From an uncultured Bacteroidales bacterium (GTDB lineage: Bacteria > Bacteroidota > Bacteroidia > Bacteroidales > VadinHA17): DNA of 64,000 nt. Each line of letters begins with the position of its first letter. The first letter of the stretch is position 1. Location of the stretch: positions 3,582-67,581 of the forward strand of contig CAVWPG010000007.1 of the NCBI GenBank assembly GCA_963756885.1. The letters are read 5' to 3'. Shown in pieces: positions 28,576-36,542 of this stretch. Position numbers and translations under genes: made by a program. Below the pieces are notes generated by a model. That model was not told the DNA's origin, searched no databases, and saw only the letters and a list, made by a program, of their open reading frames with translations.

Positions 28576-29774
28576 ATGAGGAAGAAACAAAATGAAATCA
28601 TGCGTACACTCCTTAACTCACCAATCCTATCAGTTGCCGGGCTGGCTATCACGCTGACCCTGGGTTCCTCCTCCCTTGCCCAGCGCACTTCCGACCAGGA
28701 TTCACTTTCAAAAAACTCATCCCAATGGAACCAGGAAGAGCGTGAAGTGCCGAAGGGAAGAAAAGTGCACGAGCTTTCACAGGGATTGCCCATTGCCGCA
28801 TTTAGCGACAGGAGGAGAAAAAGAAAGAGCACTTGAAGATTTTCTGACTGAACAGAAAGTAGCCGGCCTCCTCATTTTACAGGATGGAAAGATCCGGTTG
28901 GAACGCTACGCTCTTGGGCACAGCGAATCCGGCCTATGGTCGTCACTGTCTGTTGCAAAGTCAGTAACGAGCACCCTCGTAGGGGCTGCCATCAAGGATG
29001 GTTACATCAAAAGTGTGGACGACTACGTAACGGACTACATCCCCGATTTAAAAGGGAGCGCCTACGAAAAAGTGACCATCCGCCATCTCCTCACCATGAC
29101 CACCGGTATACGATGGAACGAGAACTATACTGATCCGAATGCTGACATTGCCAGATTTTTTACAGATTCGGTAGAACCGGGCATGAATGCAACAGTAAGT
29201 TATATGCGACGTTTGCCGGCCGAGGCAGAACCTGGCAAAAAATGGGTGTATAGTACAGGTGAAACTCACCTGCTGGGTGTCCTTGTCAGCTCAGCTACCC
29301 ATCAAACGTTATCCCACTACCTTTCCTCGAAGATCTGGATTCCTTACGGTATGGAGCAGAAGGCCACCTGGACCCTGGATCGAACTGGTCAGGAATTGGC
29401 AGGCTGTTGCCTCCAGATGACGCTCCGTGATTTCGCAAGGTTCGGACAATTTGTTCTCGAAGACGGACGCATTAACGGGGAATCCATTGTTCCCGATGAT
29501 TGGTTCAAGACAGCGACCCATATACAAGTGCCGCTTTGGCCCGGTGGGGGCTATGGATACGGTTGGTGGATCTTTAATGGCAGTAGCTTTCGAGGCATTA
29601 GGGATCCATGGCCAGATGATCCATATCGACCCTGCGAGGCGACTGGTGATTGCAGTCAACAGTGCATGGCCTGAGGCTGAGAGTAACGAGCGACATTTAG
29701 CTGTCGCCAATTTTGTGAAAACCATTACTGACGAGATTGATAAAGAGAAAAAAGATCGCCTGAGCCATAATTAA
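28576..29774 (+). pseudogene. beta-lactamase-family serine hydrolase, two frameshifts
   Basis: The signal peptide is in ORF 28576-28836. The catalytic core, with SxxK (SVAKSVTSTLVGAAI), is in ORF 28676-29674. The C-terminal end (ALGIHGQMIHIDPARRLVIAVNSAWP) is in ORF 29427-29774. Confidence 0.65.
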
Positions 29775-29822
29775 CTTGCAATTCCCAGCTGGCGTACTGT
29801 TGGACTAATAAATTTTCATTGT

Positions 29823-29868
29823 AAAAAAAACAAAGCCCTTCCGCTTTTGCAGAAAGGCTTTCCTTTTT
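29823..29868. terminator. bidirectional hairpin terminator between the hydrolase pseudogene and tRNA-Pro
   Basis: An A8 run is followed by an imperfect 13-bp stem (aaagcccttccgc / gcagaaaggcttt, 11 pairs) with a tttt loop, then a T5 run. Confidence 0.5.
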
Positions 29869-29869
29869 G

Positions 29870-29942
29870 TCGGGGTGAGAAGACTCGAACTTCCGGCCTC
29901 TACGTCCCGAACGTAGCGCGCTACCAACTGCGCCACACCCCG
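29870..29942 (-). tRNA. tRNA-Pro (anticodon CGG)
   Basis: The reverse complement folds as a cloverleaf. The acceptor stem is CGGGGTG/CACCCCG and the D arm is GCGC-AGTTGGTA-GCGC. The anticodon stem CTACG/CGTAG carries loop TTCGGGA (anticodon CGG). The T arm is GGAAG-TTCGAGT-CTTCT. Confidence 0.9.
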
Positions 29943-29951
29943 AAAAGCGTA

Positions 29952-29981
29952 CAAAAATAATCAATCTATCTGCATTACAAA
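29952..29981 (-). promoter_or_regulatory. Bacteroidota-type promoter for tRNA-Pro (-33 TTTG / -7 TATTTTTG)
   Basis: On the minus strand, TATTTTTG (29952-29959) matches TAnnTTTG and lies 9 nt upstream of the tRNA 5' end. A TTTG lies 18 nt further upstream (29978-29981). Confidence 0.5.
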
Positions 29982-30176
29982 AAGATTTTTTACCAATGGC
30001 AGTAATAACATGGCATTTCATTGCCTTTAAGTCAGGAAGCTTTCGGATCATAGCTAGGCCAGGTCACTGATACTGCCCAAGTGCTGCCTGCATGCCGTCC
30101 AAACCTTTTCAGCAAAATTTATTACCCGGTTAATTTTTATTCAGACCTTAAATTACTACTGATGAGTTTAATTGAA

Positions 30177-32770
30177 GTCAAACTCCTCCAGGGTTAACAC
30201 ATCAATTAAACCAATAAATCATAGAACATTTGTATTCAATTCATTATCAATAAAAACATATCTCTGAATTTATTGCAACATTGGTATTTAAAAACCTTAT
30301 TTTCTTCCTCCACTTTAGTAGAAAATGTCCCCCAAAGTCCCTCAACCTTATTACCTTATTCAGGATTAATAGTTTTTTGGTGGAAATTATCGCCTGATAT
30401 TCAAGATTATACAGATCCGACCATTCATAAGAGCTTGTTTCAGGAAAGCATAAAATTTCAACAACCGGTACGTATATTTCTGTTTTTGCCAAAAATTAAA
30501 TATTCCGGTGCCCTGCACCTTTGGCCCTAAGATTGACTATTTTTTCTACAAATATTTCGCAGCTCTGCTGCTTTGCATCCGAACTATAAAGTTCAGATCG
30601 CCTGAAACCTGAAAATAATTGCTTGCACTTAAGAGCTTAAGGTGCAGAGCACCAAAATATCTGTAGCAATGTATTGTAGAATGATTAAAGGTGCAGAGCA
30701 CCGGAATATTCGTCGAAGTTCATTCTTCACCCCTTAAGGGTTACAGGTGGGTTTTCCTGTCTTTACCGTGGGTTGGACCCACGGTTATTCATTTCAAACC
30801 CCTCCAGTGTTAACACATCAATTAAACCAATAAATCATAGAACATTTGTATTCAATTCATTATCAATAAAAACATATCTCTGAATTTATTGCAACATTGG
30901 TATTTAAAAACCATATTTTCTTCCTCCACTTTAGTAGAAAATGTCCCCCAAAGTCCCTCAACCTTATTACCTTATTCAGGATTAATAGTTTTTTGGTGGA
31001 AATTATCGCCTGATATTCAAGATTATACAGATCCGACCATTCATAAGAGCTTGTTTCAGGAAAGCATAAAATTTCAACAACCGGTACGTATATTTCTGTT
31101 TTTGCCAAAAATTAAATATTCCGGTGCCCTGCACCTTTGGCCCTAAGATTGACTATTTTTTCTACAAATATTTCGCAGCTCTGCTGCTTTGCATCCGAAC
31201 TATAAAGTTCAGATCGCCTGAAACCTGAAAATAATTGCTTGCACTTAAGAGCTTAAGGTGCAGAGCACCAAAATATCTGTAGCAATGTATTGTAGAATGA
31301 TTAAAGGTGCAGAGCACCGGAATATTCGTCGAAGTTCATTCTTCACCCCTTCAGGGTTACAGGTGGGTTTTCCTGTCTTTACCGTGGGTTGGACCCACGG
31401 TTATTCAGATCAAACCCCTTCAGGGTTAACACATCAATTAAACCAATAAATCATAGAACATTTGTATTCAATTCATTATCAATAAAAACATATCTCTGAA
31501 TTTATTGCAACATTGGTATTTAAAAACCATATTTTCTTCCTCCACTTTAGTAGAAAATGTCCCCCAAAGTCCCTCAACCTTATTACCTTATTCAGGATTA
31601 ATAGTTTTTTGGTGGAAATTATCGCCTGATATTCAAGATTATACAGATCCGACCATTCATAAGAGCTTATTTCAGGAAAGCATAAAATTTCAACAACCGG
31701 TACGTATATTTCTGTTTTTGCCAAAAATTAAATATTCCGGTGCCCTGCACCTTTGGCCCTAAGATTGACTATTTTTTCTACAAATATTTCGCAGCTCTGC
31801 TGCTTTGCATCCGAACTATAAAGTTCAGATCGCCTGAAACCTGAAAATAATTGCTTGCACTTAAGAGCTTAAGGTGCAGAGCACCAAAATATCTGTAGCA
31901 ATGTATTGTAGAATGATTAAAGGTGCAGAGCACCGGAATATTCGTCGAAGTTCATTCTTCACCCCTTCAGGGTTACAGGTGGGTTTTCCTGTCTTTACCG
32001 TGGGTTGGACCCACGGTTATTCATTTCAAACCCCTCCAGGGTTAACACATCAATTAAACCAATAAATCATAGAACATTTGTATTCAATTCATTATCAATA
32101 AAAACATATCTCTGAATTTATTGCAACATTGGTATTTAAAAACCTTATTTTCTTCCTCCACTTTAGTAGAAAATGTCCCCCAAAGTCCCTCAACCTTATT
32201 ACCTTATTCAGGATTAATAGTTTTTTGGTGGAAATTATCGCCTGATATTCAAGATTATACAGATCCGACCATTCATAAGAGCTTGTTTCAGGAAAGCATA
32301 AAATTTCAACAACCGGTACGTATATTTCTGTTTTTGCCAAAAATTAAATATTCCGGTGCCCTGCACCTTTGGCCCTAAGATTGACTATTTTTTCTACAAA
32401 TATTTCGCAGCTCTGCTGCTTTGCATCCGAACTATAAAGTTCAGATCGCCTGAAACCTGAAAATAATTGCTTGCACTTAAGAGCTTAAGGTGCAGAGCAC
32501 CAAAATATCTGTAGCAATGTATTGTAGAATGATTAAAGGTGCAGAGCACCGGAATATTCGTCGAAGTTCATTCTTCACCCCTTCAGGGTTACAGGTGGGT
32601 TTTCCTGTCTTTACTGTGGGTTGCACCCACGGTTATTCAAATCAAACCCCTTCGGGGTTAACGCATCAATTAAATCAATAAAACCAAAAACACTTATATT
32701 CAATATATTATCAATAAAATAAAAATATATTTCTCTTGTTAATGCCTCATTGGTAATCTTAAATACTAAC
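30177..32770 (+). repeat. tandem array of a 616-bp non-coding unit: 4 near-identical copies plus a diverged partial 5th
   Basis: Copies span 30177-30792, 30793-31408, 31409-32024 and 32025-32640, with the diverged partial copy at 32641 to about 32770. The GTTAAC landmark sits at 30193, 30809, 31425, 32041 and 32657, exactly 616 bp apart. There are no indels and about ten variable positions by eye. Confidence 0.95.
30499..30710. repeat. 24-bp long-range inverted repeat module inside each 616-bp unit (first copy given; others at +616, +1232, +1848)
   Basis: aatattccggtgccctgcaccttt (30499-30522) pairs with aaaggtgcagagcaccggaatatt (30687-30710) with one mismatch and a 164-nt spacer. An extra direct copy of the right-arm core, aaggtgcagagcacc, lies at 30639-30653. 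Confidence 0.85.
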
Positions 32771-32778
32771 TTTAAATT

Positions 32779-34059
32779 ATGGAAAATCCAGTAAAAATCT
32801 GCATTGCCTGCCTCGTCCTTTGTACTGCAATGGGATGTACAAGCGAATTTCATCCAATAAAAAAGCTCAACGGCATGGTTGAGGGGGAAAAATTCGGTGA
32901 CCTCTTCACTGAACTGTCTGTCAACAGGAATGCGTATAACCCGGAATCGATAATTTATTACGATCTGATACTGAAGTCGGTACTGAACCAGCCTGAGGAA
33001 TCGAACACGCTGATCCAAAAATTCCGTGACCAATTCAGTAAATTCAGCGACACTGCAGATTATAATCTGGTTCAGACCGAATATTATAATAACCTGAAGT
33101 TGCTTGACTATAAAAAGCTGAAAGATTTAAGCAGGAATCTGATCGATAATTACAAACAATTCATTGATTCCGGCGATTTCGTCGAATTGAAGGATGACAA
33201 TATTGCATATGGGTACCTGGAGAATGAGCCGCCTACACGGGTAATAAAGGAGGGAGACACTGAAATAAAGATTAAGAAGGATCTCGCCGGGTATAATCTG
33301 CTTCGCGTGAAAAGCAATAACGACTCTACCGTAAGTATGATTTTCGATACAGGCGCCAATGTGAATGTAGTAAGCGAATCAACCGCAGAAAAATTAAATC
33401 TCAGGATAATTCCAGGGGCGGTAGTTTATGTAATGGGCTCTACAGGCACACGCAATGCCTCAAAAATTGCCATTGCCGATCAGGGATCCATCGAAAATAT
33501 AGGATTTCAGCATGCTGAATTCATTGTTTTTGCCGATAGTCTGCTCTCGTTTGCCAACGGGAGATACAAGATCAACGGGGTAATTGGTTTCCCTTTTATC
33601 ATGCGCTTCGAATCCATCCGGTTTACCGATTCCCTCATTTATATTCCAAAGAATCCTGAAGCCGGATCCGGTATTCCCAACCTGTTCATCAAGGGTGATG
33701 ATTATATAATTGATGTTGCCTATAAAAACAAGATCCTCCCTTTCTTCTTTGATACAGGTAATTCAAATACAAGCTTTTACAGCAACATGTACGATGCAGA
33801 TCCGGAGTATTTCAAAACGCTGAAAGACACTGTTTTTGCCTATTCAAGCGTGGGAGGCACAATTACACAGAAAGCCAAGCTGTTGCCTGAGATCAGGCTT
33901 GAATGCGGATCAAAAAGCTTCGTTCTAACAAACACATTTATTGCGCTCGGCAAGAATTTATTAAACCCCGATCTCTACGGCAATATAGGTAAGGATTTTG
34001 TAAATCAATATAAATCAATTACAATGTGCTTTAAGTACGGGTATATTGATTTTGAATAG
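32779..34059 (+). CDS. lipoprotein with two retropepsin-like aspartyl protease domains
   Basis: It has a lipobox-like signal (LVLCTAMGCTSE) and two DTG active-site motifs (MIFDTGANVNVV and FFFDTGNSNTSF) about 130 aa apart. This is consistent with a pseudo-dimeric retropepsin-like fold. Confidence 0.6.
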   Translation: MENPVKICIACLVLCTAMGCTSEFHPIKKLNGMVEGEKFGDLFTELSVNRNAYNPESIIYYDLILKSVLNQPEESNTLIQKFRDQFSKFSDTADYNLVQTEYYNNLKLLDYKKLKDLSRNLIDNYKQFIDSGDFVELKDDNIAYGYLENEPPTRVIKEGDTEIKIKKDLAGYNLLRVKSNNDSTVSMIFDTGANVNVVSESTAEKLNLRIIPGAVVYVMGSTGTRNASKIAIADQGSIENIGFQHAEFIVFADSLLSFANGRYKINGVIGFPFIMRFESIRFTDSLIYIPKNPEAGSGIPNLFIKGDDYIIDVAYKNKILPFFFDTGNSNTSFYSNMYDADPEYFKTLKDTVFAYSSVGGTITQKAKLLPEIRLECGSKSFVLTNTFIALGKNLLNPDLYGNIGKDFVNQYKSITMCFKYGYIDFE

Positions 34060-34163
34060 CCGGAATGCTCCGGCAAGGCTTTTCACATTGCCCCGCAAAA
34101 TTTCCTTCGTCAATTTTCGAACATTACAGGCTGGAAAAATGTTCCTGCAAAAATGGCAATCCG

Positions 34164-34628
34164 ATGACAACACATCCAATCCCGAAAGGCTACAACACCT
34201 TAACACCCTATATCACCGTAAAGGGCGCCGGCAAGGCAATCGAATTTTATCAGAAGGTATTTGGCGCCAGGGAAACGGGGCGTATAAGCATGCCTGATGG
34301 AACAATAGGTCATTGCGAATTGCAGTTTGGCGATTCGAAATTAATGATGGCCGAGGAAAACAGGCAGTGGGGCAATATAAGCCCGCAGACACTTGGCGGA
34401 TCAACTGTCTATCTAAGCCTTTATGTGGATAATGTCGATTCTGTTTTTGAAGCTGCTATCCGGGAGGGGGCCAGGGTGCTCGGAGAGATGGCGCCAAAGG
34501 ATCAGTTCTATGGCGACCGTACAGCCAGCATCACCGACCCATTCGGTCACATCTGGACCATAATGACCCATATCGAGGATCTCTCCTTTCGGGAGATGCA
34601 AAAACGTTCCGATAGCCTTTTCAAATAA
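34164..34628 (+). CDS. VOC/glyoxalase-family protein (PhnB-like)
   Basis: The likely start is ATG 34164 (MTTHPIPKGYNTLTPYITVKGAGKAIEFYQKVFGA...). DQFYGDRTASITDPFGHIWTI is the typical PhnB-like C-terminus. Confidence 0.75.
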   Translation: MTTHPIPKGYNTLTPYITVKGAGKAIEFYQKVFGARETGRISMPDGTIGHCELQFGDSKLMMAEENRQWGNISPQTLGGSTVYLSLYVDNVDSVFEAAIREGARVLGEMAPKDQFYGDRTASITDPFGHIWTIMTHIEDLSFREMQKRSDSLFK

Positions 34629-34874
34629 ATAAAAATTTCTCATTTTGAGAAAATCCGGCATGCCGTTTTTCCGGTAAGCTTCGATCCCTCTGGTAAAAGC
34701 AACACTGTATTTCAGGCATTTAAGAGGTCAGCCCTTTAAGATCCCATCCCACTAAATCTTTATGGCACAACATTTGGTTTATCCCTTAACATAAAAGAAT
34801 GCTCTTTTTGATATTATGCGACAGAGTGATTTCTAAAGGGATTTTAAGGGAACAACATTCTAAAAACTGACATC

Positions 34875-35057
34875 ATGAGAACGAATTCATTTGGATACTG
34901 GAAAGATAAAAAGGAAAAATTACTGAAGAAGTACAAGAATCTTACTGAAAAGGATCTGCGTTTTGATCTGGGGAAGGAAAATGAAATGATTGAGACACTG
35001 GGTTACAAGCTGGGGATTTCTGAAAGGGAGATGCTTACAATAATTGTAACAATATAA
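34875..35057 (+). CDS. small CsbD-like general stress protein
   Basis: A 60-aa protein. WKDKKEKLLKKYKNLTEKDL resembles the CsbD-type pattern. Confidence 0.45.
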   Translation: MRTNSFGYWKDKKEKLLKKYKNLTEKDLRFDLGKENEMIETLGYKLGISEREMLTIIVTI

Positions 35058-35131
35058 AAAAGTCTGCTACAATCCATTTCTACTAATCACTTCAAGATGG
35101 TCATGTTCTGGCGGACATGGCAATATAAATC

Positions 35132-35264
35132 AACCATAGGGTTGCAAGGAGATTCATAGATAAATGTTCCCGGGGAAAACCCACCACAAAAGAGATCTTC
35201 AAGGGAGGACGGGAATAAAATCCAGGCAACCTTAATTTGGCAAGCTCCACGCAACCCTATGGTT
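35132..35264. repeat. 14-bp perfect (about 27-bp imperfect) inverted repeat enclosing 105 nt
   Basis: aaccatagggttgc (35132-35145) pairs with gcaaccctatggtt (35251-35264). The flanking bases extend the pairing imperfectly. It is intergenic, between the CsbD-like and ERG4/ERG24-like genes. Confidence 0.85.
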
Positions 35265-35388
35265 ATAATTTCTTTAAGGTTCAACTTCTAAATTGAGCGT
35301 CATTAAGAAGAGGCGTTGAGACTATTCGGCCTCACAATTCAAAAATAATTCAGGATTTTGTTTTAATTTTAAGTCATAACTCAAAGCT

Positions 35389-36468
35389 ATGACTAAAATC
35401 CTTGGATTTTCTGCTCCACTCATAATTGCGATAATCATTTTTGCCCTGAATGCCCTGCTGCCCGGCAAGTGGGTGACAGGCTACGTGACGAGGAAATATT
35501 CGGCCGGCCGGCTGCGCTACCATATTAACGGGATAAGGGTATTCTTTGCAGTTGTCCTGACATGGTGCCTGCTGGGATTCCTGAATGTAATTCCCTTCGA
35601 CTGGCTCTACACCTGGAGGTGGTATGGACTGGCAGGAGCGTTTGCAGCAGGCCTCGTTTTTTCGCTTGCAGTTGTGCTTGCCTATCCTCCGGTTCGCAAA
35701 TCCTTCATGGCTGATCTTTATTTTGGCAGGATCGAGAACCTTCAGTTCCGGGGCGGACTGGTTGATGTAAAAATGTGGCTGTACCTTGTCGGGGCAACAC
35801 TGCTGGAGCTCAATGCATTGAGCTTCTCGGCCCATCACCTTCTCGTATACGGAGAGAACGCCTCTGCCGGCATAATACTCTCTACTGCGCTTCTTACCTG
35901 GTTCATTATCGATTACCTCATTTTTGAAGAGGTTCATCTCTATACTTATGATCTTTTTGCAGAAAGGGTCGGGTTCAAGCTTGGGTGGGGGTGCCTCGTA
36001 TTCTATCCGTATTTCTATTCCATTTTTTTGTGGGCCACAGTTGAGCTTCCCGACCCGCAGACGAATGGATGGCTGCTGGCCATCTTTGTCCTGGTATTCC
36101 TGGGCGGGTGGAGCCTGTCACGTGGAGCCAACCTCCAGAAATACTACTTCAAAAAGGACCCCAAAAGGGCCTTCCTGGGGATTGTTCCGGAAACTTTAAC
36201 CGATGGCAGCAATAGCCTGCTTGTGAACGGATTCTGGGGACTGAGCCGCCATATCAACTATTCAGGTGAGGTGCTTATGGCCACGGGGATGATCCTCTGC
36301 ACCGGCTATCCTGCCCTGATCTGGCCCTGGCTCTACCCTTTATACTATATCCTTCTGCTGGCTGCGCGCCAGATTGATGACGATAAACGGTGCGCCGCAA
36401 AATACGGGGAGCTCTGGGGAAAATACAGGGAAAAAGTTCCGTACAGGATTATTCCGCATGTGTATTGA
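35389..36468 (+). CDS. ERG4/ERG24-family (sterol-reductase-like) membrane oxidoreductase
   Basis: A polytopic protein. The C-terminal signature LLVNGFWGLSRHINYSGEVLMA ... AARQIDDDKRCAAKYGELWGKYREKVPYRIIP matches the sterol C14/C24/C7 reductase family pattern. Confidence 0.7.
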   Translation: MTKILGFSAPLIIAIIIFALNALLPGKWVTGYVTRKYSAGRLRYHINGIRVFFAVVLTWCLLGFLNVIPFDWLYTWRWYGLAGAFAAGLVFSLAVVLAYPPVRKSFMADLYFGRIENLQFRGGLVDVKMWLYLVGATLLELNALSFSAHHLLVYGENASAGIILSTALLTWFIIDYLIFEEVHLYTYDLFAERVGFKLGWGCLVFYPYFYSIFLWATVELPDPQTNGWLLAIFVLVFLGGWSLSRGANLQKYYFKKDPKRAFLGIVPETLTDGSNSLLVNGFWGLSRHINYSGEVLMATGMILCTGYPALIWPWLYPLYYILLLAARQIDDDKRCAAKYGELWGKYREKVPYRIIPHVY

Positions 36469-36542
36469 GGAAGCCGCTGCGCTGATGCTGCGGAGGATCA
36501 AGGTTGAAGAGGGTTGAAGGCCGCTTTAGCTTAACAACTGAT

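Noticed and set aside
666-29774. Explaining all frameshifted genes as random sequencing or assembly indels.
   Set aside because: The breaks are concentrated in five or six genes, with seven or more in one 2.3-kb gene. Several 2-3.3 kb genes are uninterrupted. Random error is therefore not the simplest explanation. It is not fully excluded without reads, since some break points lie at or beside short homopolymers.
30247-32681. Repeated ORFs inside the 616-bp array: 81 aa on the minus strand, 85 aa and 63 aa on the plus strand, one set per unit.
   Set aside because: The 81-aa and 85-aa ORFs overlap almost completely on opposite strands. All use TTG or GTG starts, and I saw no convincing ribosome-binding context. 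The few substitutions between copies change amino acids. The sequences resemble no family I know. They are treated as by-products of repeated non-coding DNA.
30177-32770. Possible CRISPR array.
   Set aside because: The period is 616 bp with whole-unit identity. There is no alternation of short (25-50 bp) repeats with unique spacers, and no cas genes are in the window.
29870-32770. Integrated mobile element using tRNA-Pro as its attachment site.
   Set aside because: The array lies on the 5' (promoter) side of the tRNA, not at its 3' end. No integrase, excisionase or direct repeat of the tRNA 3' end is visible.
30177-32770. Self-cleaving ribozyme motifs (hammerhead CUGANGA...GAAA) that would suggest a rolling-circle, viroid-like origin of the tandem units.
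   Set aside because: Visual scanning of both strands found no CUGANGA/TCNTCAG core in the unit. This by-eye search is weak and does not exclude other ribozyme classes.
35374-35937. 187-aa ORF on the minus strand.
   Set aside because: It lies entirely antisense to the well-supported ERG4/ERG24-like gene and has low-complexity, Cys/Gln-rich composition. It is a shadow ORF.
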